From positions 1-64,000 of the forward strand of contig CAWCFX010000006.1 of the NCBI GenBank assembly GCA_963795085.1: 64,000 nt of DNA, read 5' to 3'. The position numbers and the translations under genes are program-made. Shown here piece after piece: positions 48,435-57,369 of the stretch. The DNA comes from an uncultured Gemmatimonadales bacterium (GTDB taxonomy: Bacteria > Gemmatimonadota > Gemmatimonadetes > Gemmatimonadales > GWC2-71-9). Numbering within the stretch: the stretch's first letter is position 1; every line of letters begins with the position of its first letter. The notes below the pieces were generated by a model. That model searched no databases and had not been told where the DNA came from. It saw nothing but the letters and a program-made list of their open reading frames with translations.

Positions 48435-49397
48435 TTGGACTTTAATCCGTGGCTGGTCATCGGGTTTGGATTGGGCGTCGGCATCCTGGTCGGCATGACC
48501 GGGATCGGGGGGGGCGCGCTCATGACCCCCCTCCTGGTGCTGTTCGTCGGAACCCCGCCGGTGACCGCAGTGGGCACCGACCTGGCCTACGGCGCTGTGA
48601 CCAAGACGGTGGGCGGCTACAAGCACTGGCGGCAGGGGACCATCGACTTCGGCCTTTCCTGGTGGATGGCGATCGGGTCGGTGCCCTCGGCGATCGGCGG
48701 GGTTTACGTCGTTGGCATCCTGCAGGAACACCTCGGCGGGAAGGAGTTCGAGCGCTTCATGCTCTACCTCCTCGCCGGCGCCATCGCCTTCACCGGCGCG
48801 ATGACCCTGATCCGGGCCATCTTTCTGAAGCAGTTAATCGCCCGGGAGCGGGATACCGTCAAGATGGAAGCCCGGCACAAGGTCGCCGCCGTGCTGCTCG
48901 GCCTGTCAGTGGGATTCGTCCTCGGCATCACCTCCGCCGGGAGCGGCTCGCTGATCGCGCTGGGGCTGATCATGATATTCCGGCTCTCGCCTTACCGGGT
49001 GGTCGGCACCGACATTTTCCACGCGGCGATTCTGCTGTGGGCGGCCGCGATCGCGCACGTCGTGGCGGGGAACGTGGATTACCCGCTCGCCGGCACCATC
49101 CTGGTCGGCTCGGTGCCCGGCGTCTGGCTGGGCAGCACGCTCTCGGTCCGGCTCCCGGCGGGGACCCTCCGCACCGTGCTGGGCGTGGTGCTGATCGGCG
49201 CGGCCATGGGCCTGGGATCCAAGGCGGGGCTGCCCATCTCTCCGGCCGCCATCGCCAGCGTGCCGCTCGTGCTGGCCGTCATCATTCTGTGGAGCCGCTT
49301 CCGCGACCGGGTGCCCCGCGCCATCGCCGACACCGAGGCCGGGGAGCCGGGCCAGCCGCGCATCCACCGGGAGCGGAAGCCCCCCGGGGGGCACTGA
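48435..49397 (+). CDS. Sulfite exporter TauE/SafE family membrane protein
   Basis: VGMTGIGGGALMTP, AVGTDL, GITSAGSG, VVGTD; TTG start. Confidence 0.9.
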   Translation: MDFNPWLVIGFGLGVGILVGMTGIGGGALMTPLLVLFVGTPPVTAVGTDLAYGAVTKTVGGYKHWRQGTIDFGLSWWMAIGSVPSAIGGVYVVGILQEHLGGKEFERFMLYLLAGAIAFTGAMTLIRAIFLKQLIARERDTVKMEARHKVAAVLLGLSVGFVLGITSAGSGSLIALGLIMIFRLSPYRVVGTDIFHAAILLWAAAIAHVVAGNVDYPLAGTILVGSVPGVWLGSTLSVRLPAGTLRTVLGVVLIGAAMGLGSKAGLPISPAAIASVPLVLAVIILWSRFRDRVPRAIADTEAGEPGQPRIHRERKPPGGH

Positions 49398-49406
49398 CGC
49401 CCGGCC

Positions 49407-51176
49407 TCACATGCCGTAGTACAGCTTGAGCACGACCAGCATCGTCACGATCACCCCCACTGTGAGCGGCGCGCCCAGCCGGGAATAATCGCTGAACCGG
49501 TATCCGCCGGGCCCGTACACCATCGTGTTGGTCTGGTAGCCGATCGGTGTCAGGAACGAGGTCGAGGCCATCACGGCCACGATGAGGGCAAAGACGCGGG
49601 GATCCTGGTTCAGCTGTTCGGCGCTGGCGTACGCGATCGGGAACATGATGGCCGCGGCCGCGTTGTTGGTGATCAGTTCGGTCACCAGGCTGGTGGCCAG
49701 GATGATCCCGAGGGCCACGCCCAGCGTCCCCATGCCCGCGAACACCGCCAGCACCCCGCCGGCCACCTGGTCCGCGAGGCCGGAGCCTTCCATCGCCGCG
49801 CCCAGTCCGAATGACGCAGCGATCACCACGATCACATCGAGGTCCACGGCGTTCCGGGCATCGGTCGCCGTCAGCACGCCGGCGGCGATCAGCGCCACGG
49901 CGCCGAGGAGCGACGCCTGCAGCATGGGCAGGAGGTTCAATCCCGCCACCAGAACGATCCCAATGGTCACCAGGCCGACGATCCAGGCCTTTTTCGTGAC
50001 ACCCGGCGGGGTGCCTCCCAGGGTGGAAATGAGCAGGAAGTCGGTCCGGTCCCGCCAGCGACCCCGGAACCCAGGGTCGGCCAGCAGCACCAGGGTGTCC
50101 CCCACCCGCAGTTCCACCTGGCCCAGCTTGGCGTTGATGCGATGGCCGGCCCGGTGAATGGCGACCACCGCCGCCTGGTACCGGCTGCGGAAGTCCACCT
50201 CCTTGAGCGTCCGGCCCACCAGCGGCGAGGCCACCCCCACGACAGCTTCCAGGAAGGTGTGGCGGGCGGTATCGAACGGGAGCAGGTGCGTCTGCTCGGT
50301 GGAGACCAGGCCCCGCATCGCCTGGAGGTCAACGATCTGGTCCACCTTGCCGACGAAGCACAGCTGATCGCCCCCCTTGAGGATCATCGTCGAAGCCACC
50401 GGCGCGAGGCTGTCGCCGTCCCGCACCACCTCGACCAGGAATACCCCCTGCAGGTGGCGCAGGCCGCCCTCTTCGATCGCGCGTCCATCGAGCGGGCCGC
50501 CGGTCTCGACCAGCATGGTCACGGTGAATTCCCGGGCAACCTCCTGGAGGTCGTGGTTGGCGGGCCGCCGGTCCGGGAGCAGCCGCGAAGCGGTAAGCAG
50601 CAGGATGATGATCCCGACCACCGCCACCGGCAGCCCGATCGGGGTGATCTCGAAGAGGCCCATCGGCGGGACGCCGTGCGCTTCCAGCAGGCCGGACACC
50701 ACCAGGTTGGTGGAGGTTCCCATGACCGTGACCGCGCCGCCGAGGATCACCGCATAGGAGAGCGGCAGGAGGTAACGGGAAGGCGACCGCCCCGAACGTT
50801 CCGCCCAGTCGATGATCGGAGAGATCATCATGGCCACGAGCGGGGTGTTGTTGAGAAAGGCCGAGGCGCCCGCCGAGGCGGGCAGGAGACGGGCCAGGCT
50901 GCCCCGTTCACCCCGTTTCTCGCCCAGCAGGAATCCGAGGATCGGTTGCAGCAGGTTGGTCTTTTCCACCGCGCGGGCCAGCACGTACAGCGCCGCCACC
51001 GTGATCGGCGCGGAATTGCCGAACCCGGCGAAGGCCTGGGCCGGCGTGATGACCCCGACGACGAGGAGCAGGATGGTCGCCCCCAGCATGATGCTCGCGG
51101 GGGAATACGTCTCTCGTACCAGCAGGACCAGGGTCAGCAGCGTGACCGCCAGCGTGACCCATCCTTGCCATTCCAT
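49407..51176 (-). CDS. SLC13-family permease with two TrkA-C domains
   Basis: SAFLNNTP, GTSTNL, central RCK-C repeats, ITNNAAA, SFLTPIGYQTNTMVYGPGGY. Confidence 0.92.
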   Translation of the reverse strand: MEWQGWVTLAVTLLTLVLLVRETYSPASIMLGATILLLVVGVITPAQAFAGFGNSAPITVAALYVLARAVEKTNLLQPILGFLLGEKRGERGSLARLLPASAGASAFLNNTPLVAMMISPIIDWAERSGRSPSRYLLPLSYAVILGGAVTVMGTSTNLVVSGLLEAHGVPPMGLFEITPIGLPVAVVGIIILLLTASRLLPDRRPANHDLQEVAREFTVTMLVETGGPLDGRAIEEGGLRHLQGVFLVEVVRDGDSLAPVASTMILKGGDQLCFVGKVDQIVDLQAMRGLVSTEQTHLLPFDTARHTFLEAVVGVASPLVGRTLKEVDFRSRYQAAVVAIHRAGHRINAKLGQVELRVGDTLVLLADPGFRGRWRDRTDFLLISTLGGTPPGVTKKAWIVGLVTIGIVLVAGLNLLPMLQASLLGAVALIAAGVLTATDARNAVDLDVIVVIAASFGLGAAMEGSGLADQVAGGVLAVFAGMGTLGVALGIILATSLVTELITNNAAAAIMFPIAYASAEQLNQDPRVFALIVAVMASTSFLTPIGYQTNTMVYGPGGYRFSDYSRLGAPLTVGVIVTMLVVLKLYYGM

Positions 51177-51215
51177 GCGAGAATCCCGGGGTTGAAGGTG
51201 GCGTCCGGCCCGCGC

Positions 51216-51944
51216 CTACAGCTGGGACTTGAGAAAGCCCGGGGTGAGTTGCTGCAGCCATCCCGCCAGCCGGGTAAAGCTGCCGGTGACCATGAGGATA
51301 CCCACGATGATCAGCAGGATGCCGCTGATCCGCTGGACCAGGGGCAGGTACTTCCGAAACTTCTGGAACCAGATGAAGAACCGGTCCAGCATGAGGGCGG
51401 CCAGCAGAAAGGGGATCGCCAGCCCCAGCGAATAGACGGAAAGCAGGAGGACGCCCCGGGAGAGATCGCCCTCGGTCGCCGCCAGGCCGAGCACCGAGCC
51501 CAGAATAGGGCCGATACAGGGCGTCCACCCGGCGCCGAAGGCCATGCCCACCAGCGCCGAGCCGAGGAAGCCAACCGGCTTGTCCTCCAGGTGGAAGCGC
51601 TTTTCCTGCTTGAGAAAGCGGAAGGAAAAGACATCGAGCGTGACCAGCCCGAACAGAATGATCAGGACCCCGCCGATCCGCTGGATCCACTCGCGGTGGA
51701 AATTGAGGGCCCGGCCCAGCGCGGTGGCGCTGGCGCCAAGCAGAATGAAGACCAGCGAGAACCCGAGGACGAAGAGCAGCGCATGCACCAGCGCCAGGTG
51801 CCGCCGGCTGGACACCTCGTTGGCGGTCATCCCGGTAAGGAAGCCGATATAGGACGGCACCAGCGGCAGGACGCAGGGACTGAGAAAACTCAGCAACCCG
51901 GCACCCAGCGCCACCAGCAGGCTGACCGACTGGCCGTCACCCAC
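51216..51944 (-). CDS. ccdA: Cytochrome c biogenesis protein CcdA
   Basis: GLLSFLSPCVLPLVPSY; FGAGWTPCIGPIL; YSLGLAIPF. Confidence 0.93.
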   Translation of the reverse strand: MGDGQSVSLLVALGAGLLSFLSPCVLPLVPSYIGFLTGMTANEVSSRRHLALVHALLFVLGFSLVFILLGASATALGRALNFHREWIQRIGGVLIILFGLVTLDVFSFRFLKQEKRFHLEDKPVGFLGSALVGMAFGAGWTPCIGPILGSVLGLAATEGDLSRGVLLLSVYSLGLAIPFLLAALMLDRFFIWFQKFRKYLPLVQRISGILLIIVGILMVTGSFTRLAGWLQQLTPGFLKSQL

Positions 51945-51957
51945 GAGAAGCGTCCGG

Positions 51958-52046
51958 AGTGCAGAGTACAGAGGGCAGAGGGCAGAGGGCAGAGTGCAGG
52001 GTGCAGAGTACAGGGTGCAGCGTGCAGCGTGCAGAGTGCAGAGTAC
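51958..52046 (+). repeat. 12 degenerate AGTGCAG heptamers
   Basis: Read directly (AGTGCAG, AGTACAG, AGGGCAG, GGTGCAG and CGTGCAG variants). Confidence 0.93.
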
Positions 52047-52115
52047 TCAGTTCCGGCAGCTCGGATCTTTGCATATCACCTCGTGACTCGGTAGTCAACT
52101 GGATGGGGAGTTCAC

Positions 52116-52187
52116 CTGCACTCTGCCTCGGCTCAGCACTCAGCACTCAGCACTCAGCACTCAGCACTCAGCACTCAGTACTCGGCA
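52116..52187 (+). repeat. (CAGCACT)x6 plus degenerate units, near-inverted to the 51958 array
   Basis: Six perfect units at 52134-52175; reverse complement AGTGCTG; CTGCACTCTGC at 52116 is an exact inverse of part of the left array. Confidence 0.93.
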
Positions 52188-52189
52188 AT

Positions 52190-52666
52190 CTAGTTGCGCA
52201 ATGAACCGAGTTCCCGCCCCTGGCATTCGTGGCAGACCCCGAATACCTCCACCCGGTGGTGCTGGTGCTGAAAGCGGTGTTCGTCGGCGATCACCGGCAG
52301 CATGCGTTCCAGCTGGGGATTGGAGAACTCGAGGACCTTGCCGCAGCGGGTGCAGATGAGGTGCTCGTGGCGGCCCGGCCCCGCGACCGGCTCGTACCGC
52401 TTGAACCCTTCGCCGAAATCATGGGCCTTGGCCAGGCCGCTTTCGACCAGCACGTCAAGCACCCGGTAGACGGTGGCCGTCGCGACCCGGGTCCCCCGCT
52501 CCTTCAGCCGCCGCACCATGGCCTCCGCCGACAGGTGGTCGTCGGAGTGGAACAGGGTTTCGGCGACCAGTTCCCGCTGCCGGGTGACCGGCTGGCGGTG
52601 ATCGCGAAGGTAGCGGCGGAAGCGCTCGAGGAGGGCGGCGCCCTCATCCCGGGTGAGTCGCGCCAT
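52190..52666 (-). CDS. Fur family transcriptional regulator
   Basis: TRQR...HLSAE...ATVYRVL...HEHLICTRCG...GVCHEC. Confidence 0.95.
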   Translation of the reverse strand: MARLTRDEGAALLERFRRYLRDHRQPVTRQRELVAETLFHSDDHLSAEAMVRRLKERGTRVATATVYRVLDVLVESGLAKAHDFGEGFKRYEPVAGPGRHEHLICTRCGKVLEFSNPQLERMLPVIADEHRFQHQHHRVEVFGVCHECQGRELGSLRN

Positions 52667-53036
52667 CGGCCACCGCGGGGAACCACTCGTCCGGGGCGAT
52701 GCGGGTGGGCATTTCCTCGTCGGCCCGCTTTTCCACCCCCTTGATCAACTCTTCCAGGGTCTCGACCGGCCCGCTGCCGACCTCCGCGACCGTGCCGCTC
52801 CACTTGCCGCGCTCCTTGCCCTTGATGGTGTGGACGTAGCGTGCGGTGTAGATGCGCCGGCGATCTCCCTCGACCCGGGAGAGAATCGCGGTACCCCACT
52901 CCCGCGCCTCCTGGCGGATGGCGCGGAACACCCACACGCCGTCCACTTCGGATGGCGGCAGCTCGGCGGCCACGGCCACCGCCAGCCGGGCCCAGCCTTC
53001 CCCCGTGGGGATCCTCAGGTCTGTTTGCGTTCCCAC
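52644..53036 (-). CDS. Hypothetical protein
   Basis: Fills the gap between TIGR00300 and Fur and overlaps both; protein-like composition. Confidence 0.7.
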   Translation of the reverse strand: MGTQTDLRIPTGEGWARLAVAVAAELPPSEVDGVWVFRAIRQEAREWGTAILSRVEGDRRRIYTARYVHTIKGKERGKWSGTVAEVGSGPVETLEELIKGVEKRADEEMPTRIAPDEWFPAVADGATHPG

Positions 53037-54109
53037 TGTTCCGTGTAGAAGCGAAGGACGTGCATGAAATCCTGGGCGTTGGTGACGACCCCGTAGGCCT
53101 GGTGGGTACCCCGGTCCTTGAGCTTGTTCACCACGAACTCGGTCTGGTCCACGCAGATGGTCATGAGCGGCGTGGGGACGCCATCGTAGTGGGTGTGAAA
53201 CGCCGGCAGCATGTTCCCCACCGCGATGGCGTGCAGCGCGGACGCGACCAGGATGGCGCCGGTCGCGCGGACCGTCAGTTCCCGCATGGCATCCTGGGCG
53301 TCCAGCGAGCCACTGTGCACACCCGGCAACGGGCCGTCATCGCGGATCGATCCGGCCAGCACGTAGGGAACCTGGTGCACGGTAAGCGCGTGCATGATGC
53401 CGCTCGTGATGAGCCCGCTCGTGACGGCGGCCTCGATGGAGCCGGCGGCCCGCACCCTGTTGATGGCCCGCATGTGAAGGCCGTGGCCGCCCGTGGTGGG
53501 CTGGCCGGTGTTGGTCATGCCCAGCGTAGTACCGAAAATGGCGGCTTCGATATCGTGCACGGCCACCGCGTTGCCGGCCAGCACGGCATGAACGTAGCCG
53601 TTCTTGATGAACCACTCCAGGTCGCTCCGGGCCCGCGAATGCACCAGCGCGGGTCCGGCCACCCAGACCAGGAACCCGCCTTTGCGCTTCTCTTCGCCCA
53701 GCCGCGCCGCCAGTTCCTCGTAGTTGACCGGCCGCTCCCGGCTCACCTCGGTGGACATGAACCGGAACTCGTTGGCGCTGTGCGACCCCGCCAGGAATCC
53801 CTCGGCGTGGACAAAGATGCCCTCGCTGCCGTCTTCGGCCTCGCCCATGGCGACCAGGTCACCCCGCCGGAGCCGCCGGGGCTCGATGGTTTCGAGCGCG
53901 GCACCGCGCCGGACCACCACACAATCCATGCGGGGACGGCTCGGCATCAACCACTGTGATCCAACCTTGATGTAGGTAGGAAGGTTGGAGGTCGAGAAGA
54001 ACCCCTCGGGAAGGACACCGTCGGCCGGCAATGGGGCGAAGGCGGCTTCCGGCGCCGCGGCGAAGGGCGGCTTGGTAAAGTCCGGCGCAGAATAGGTTTG
54101 GCTGGTCAT
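53015..54109 (-). CDS. TIGR00300 family protein (ArgZ/AgrE C-terminal ornithine cyclodeaminase-like domain)
   Basis: DGVLPEGFFSTSNLPT, RMDC, FRFM...VSRE, GPALVH, AGNAVAVHDIE, LAGSIRDDGPLP, LHAIAVGN, KLKDRG. Confidence 0.88.
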   Translation of the reverse strand: MTSQTYSAPDFTKPPFAAAPEAAFAPLPADGVLPEGFFSTSNLPTYIKVGSQWLMPSRPRMDCVVVRRGAALETIEPRRLRRGDLVAMGEAEDGSEGIFVHAEGFLAGSHSANEFRFMSTEVSRERPVNYEELAARLGEEKRKGGFLVWVAGPALVHSRARSDLEWFIKNGYVHAVLAGNAVAVHDIEAAIFGTTLGMTNTGQPTTGGHGLHMRAINRVRAAGSIEAAVTSGLITSGIMHALTVHQVPYVLAGSIRDDGPLPGVHSGSLDAQDAMRELTVRATGAILVASALHAIAVGNMLPAFHTHYDGVPTPLMTICVDQTEFVVNKLKDRGTHQAYGVVTNAQDFMHVLRFYTEQWERKQT

Positions 54110-54169
54110 AGGCAGGCCGGAAAGGTAGGCGCATCGGGTGCGGATGGGAATGCGCCCTTATGATTCAGG

Positions 54170-56239
54170 ATGCGAGTTTCCCCGCTTCTGCTGGCCCTGG
54201 CGATCCTCCCCGCACCGGCCCGGGGCCAGCAACCGGCGCCGGCCCGCCCGGACAGCGCCGTCACCCTCCCCCCGCTCAACGTCACGGTGACCCGGGTCCC
54301 CGCTGGCCTGGCCACGGTCCCCATGGCCATCACGGTGCTGGACCGTTCGGACCTGGGGCCGGCCCGCGCCAACCTCACGGTGGACGATGTGCTGGCCGCC
54401 GTTCCCGGTCTCTACCTGGCCAACCGGTATAACTACTCGCTGGACCAGCGGGTCTCGATCCGGGGCTTCGGCAGCCGGTCCAATTTCGGGCTGCGCGGGG
54501 TGAAGGTCCTCCTGGACGGGGTGCCCCAGACCCTGCCGGACGGACAGGGGCAGCTCACCAACGTGGACTTCGGCACCATCCAGCGGGTGGAGGTGCTGCG
54601 CGGATCCAGTTCGTCGCTCTACGGCAACGCTTCCGGCGGAGTCATCGCACTGGAAACCAGCCGCCCGGGAGCTGGGGCGTCCCGCGCCGAGGCGCGGGCG
54701 GAGGCGGGCGCCTTCGGGCTGGTGCGGTGGGCCGGGCGGGCGGATTTCCGGCGCGGGCTGCTGGGGGGAACCCTCGGCGTTTCCCGGTTTTCGCTGGACG
54801 GGTTCCGGCGGCACAGCGCGGCGGAGGCGGTGCAGGCGCATGGCGCGTTGGAGTACGTGATGTCCGGGCACGGCACCCTCACCGTCCGCGCCGGGTATGC
54901 CGATGCGCCGCGCGCGGACAACCCCGGGGCCCTGACGCCGGCAGAGTTCGCGGCCGACCGGGAAGCGGCGGCGCCCAACAACGTGGCGCGCCGCGCGGGC
55001 AAGGAAGTGTCCCAGCAACAGGCATCGGTGAGCTACCGCCACGATGGCGACAGCGGAACCCGGACCGAGGTCACGGTCTTTGGGCTTCGGCGCGATCTCC
55101 GGAACCCGCTGGCGACCAATGTCTTCATCACGCTGGACCGGTGGGCCGGGGGTCTTCGCTTCGCGACCACCCGGTACGTTCGAAGCCCGGCCTTGCGGGT
55201 GACGGCCGGCGCCGACCTGCAGGCCATGCGGGATGACCGGATGAACTCGGTGGCCAGTACCGGCCGGCCCACCGACACCCTGCTCCTCGACCAGCGCGAG
55301 TCGGTGACGGAGATCGGCCCGTTCCTGCATCTCGTGTGGCAGGCCGGCCCCCGGTGGCAACTCGCCGGCGGCATCCGCTACGACCGGGTCTCGTTCACCG
55401 TGCGCGATCACTTCCTGGCCGATAGCGTGGACAACAGCGGGAACCGGACCATGTCGGCCGTGAGCGGCCACGCCGGGGCCAGCCTGGCCGGATGGGACGC
55501 GCTGGTTCCCTACGTCAACATGGCGACCTCGTTTGAAACTCCGACTACCACCGAACTGGTCAACCAGCCGGGAGGCTCGGGCGGGTTCAATGACGCGGTG
55601 GGACCCCAGCGCGCCCTGAGCTACGAGGCCGGAGTCCGGGGACGGGCGGGACGGGTCCTTGAATACTCGATAGCGGCCTTCCGCTCCCGCATCGACAACG
55701 CCCTGGTGCCGTTCAGCGAAGTGGGCGGGCGCGCGTACTTCACCAACGCCGGGCGGCTGGACCAGAATGGCGTCGAGATCGGCGTTCGGCTGGCTCGCGG
55801 GGCCGCCTGGAACCTCGCGGCGGCCTATACCCTGGCCGCCTACCGGTTCGACCGCTACCGCATCACCACCGGTACCGCCGTGGATACCCTCGACGGCAAC
55901 CGGCTGGCGGGAGTGCCCCGGCACCACCTGCGATTGATCGCGACCGGATCGCCGCTACCCGGGCTCCGGCTCGAGTTGGAGCAGCAACTCACCTCCCGCC
56001 TCTACGCGGACGACCGCAACACCATCGAGGCCCCGGGCTGGGGCGCCGGGGTGACGACGATCCGGGGCGCCATGGAGGTCCAGGCCGGGGCGATTTCGCT
56101 GCTACCGTTCTTTGGAATTCACAACCTGTTCAATCGCGAGTATGTCTCGTCGGTTACCGTCAACGGGTTCGGCGGCCGGGTCTTTGAGCCGGGGCCCGGG
56201 CGCAACGGGTACGCGGGCCTGGCCATCCGCTACCGGTAA
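54170..56239 (+). CDS. TonB-dependent receptor (YncD-like)
   Basis: Signal peptide; VTVTR TonB box; VPGL...SIRGFG...DGVP..PDGQG...RVEVLRGSSSSLYGNASGGVI; FETPT; NLFNREY...PGPGR. Confidence 0.92.
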   Translation: MRVSPLLLALAILPAPARGQQPAPARPDSAVTLPPLNVTVTRVPAGLATVPMAITVLDRSDLGPARANLTVDDVLAAVPGLYLANRYNYSLDQRVSIRGFGSRSNFGLRGVKVLLDGVPQTLPDGQGQLTNVDFGTIQRVEVLRGSSSSLYGNASGGVIALETSRPGAGASRAEARAEAGAFGLVRWAGRADFRRGLLGGTLGVSRFSLDGFRRHSAAEAVQAHGALEYVMSGHGTLTVRAGYADAPRADNPGALTPAEFAADREAAAPNNVARRAGKEVSQQQASVSYRHDGDSGTRTEVTVFGLRRDLRNPLATNVFITLDRWAGGLRFATTRYVRSPALRVTAGADLQAMRDDRMNSVASTGRPTDTLLLDQRESVTEIGPFLHLVWQAGPRWQLAGGIRYDRVSFTVRDHFLADSVDNSGNRTMSAVSGHAGASLAGWDALVPYVNMATSFETPTTTELVNQPGGSGGFNDAVGPQRALSYEAGVRGRAGRVLEYSIAAFRSRIDNALVPFSEVGGRAYFTNAGRLDQNGVEIGVRLARGAAWNLAAAYTLAAYRFDRYRITTGTAVDTLDGNRLAGVPRHHLRLIATGSPLPGLRLELEQQLTSRLYADDRNTIEAPGWGAGVTTIRGAMEVQAGAISLLPFFGIHNLFNREYVSSVTVNGFGGRVFEPGPGRNGYAGLAIRYR

Positions 56240-56248
56240 GTGCCGGCA

Positions 56249-57166
56249 TCACTCTTCCAGCACCGCCGCAACCCCGACGCGATAGAACGCGGAGAAATCC
56301 CGCACGAAGACCAGCTCGCACCCATCCGGCGTGAAGACAAAGAAGTTGTCGGTCCCGGGAGAGTTAACCCCGCCGCCCGCCAGGCGGGGTGAGCTCCATC
56401 CCCCCGGGTGGCGGCGGGAGACCCAGAGTTCGGCTGGTCCCCGGCGACCCGCGGAGTCCAGGGGCGAGATGTCGAGCAGAGCGAAGCTGCCGTCGGGGGC
56501 CAGAATTCCGCCCCATACATGGTACGCCGGGTTCCAGTCTCGCCAGCGCGCAAGTGTCGTGTCCAGCGCGGCCGCGGTGAAGGTCCGCCCGTTCCAGCCA
56601 GCCTGGAACGCCTCCGAGGTCGTCCAATCGGGCGAGATGCGCCGGTAGGTCAGCCGTCCACCGGTCCCGACATTCAGGCCGGAGTGATACCTGCCCCGCT
56701 GGTTCAACTGGGGCAGGTATTCGGGATCCGACCATCCGCTGCCCCGCCGGCGGGCCAGCCAGATTCCGGCGTTCGGCGTGGCCGAAGTATCCCCCGGTGC
56801 CCTGCGGTAGGAGGAGAAGACCAGGCCCTGGTTGTCCGGGGTGACCGCCGGGTAGAGATCCGAATACTCGCCCCCCAGGTGGACGCGGCTCGGGGCGGAC
56901 CAGCTGGCTCCTTCCCGCCTCACCACAAAGATCCGGTAATCCTCGCCCCGACCGTCCGGATCCATCTTCCTGAAATAGTAGAACTCGCTGCCATCCGGGC
57001 TGAAGGTCCCCCGAAAGATCCGGCCGGAATCGGTCAATGCGGGAAGAAAAGGAATGGCGTGCCGGGGTGCGGAACAATCCTGTTGCGCCAGGGCCGAGCC
57101 GGGCGCGACCGCCAGAGCCAGTACGGCCGCCCAGAAAGGGCGGACATAAGTGGTCGCCTGAAGCAA
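56249..57166 (-). CDS. Secreted PD40/TolB-like beta-propeller protein
   Basis: Signal peptide; repeated FSPDG / VTPDN / LAPDG / FTPDG blades with WSxP linkers. Confidence 0.8.
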   Translation of the reverse strand: MLQATTYVRPFWAAVLALAVAPGSALAQQDCSAPRHAIPFLPALTDSGRIFRGTFSPDGSEFYYFRKMDPDGRGEDYRIFVVRREGASWSAPSRVHLGGEYSDLYPAVTPDNQGLVFSSYRRAPGDTSATPNAGIWLARRRGSGWSDPEYLPQLNQRGRYHSGLNVGTGGRLTYRRISPDWTTSEAFQAGWNGRTFTAAALDTTLARWRDWNPAYHVWGGILAPDGSFALLDISPLDSAGRRGPAELWVSRRHPGGWSSPRLAGGGVNSPGTDNFFVFTPDGCELVFVRDFSAFYRVGVAAVLEE

Positions 57167-57369
57167 GGGAATCCTCCCGAAGGGCGGGGTGGGTTGTGAT
57201 GGACCAGCGTTGGCCGGACGAACCCGCGTCTCTCAACGTTTCAGCTGCGGTGAAACGTCCGGGACGCATTCGCGCCGAACGGAACCGGGAAGTGTCGGTG
57301 ACCGTACAGGTCTGCAACCTTTCCGGCCAATCCTGTGTCCAACGCCATATCCCTTCCCCGGCGGCTTCC

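Noticed and set aside
51937..52204. Small ORFs over the heptamer arrays
   Set aside because: Low-complexity translations of the repeats (STQHSAL, CRVQ)
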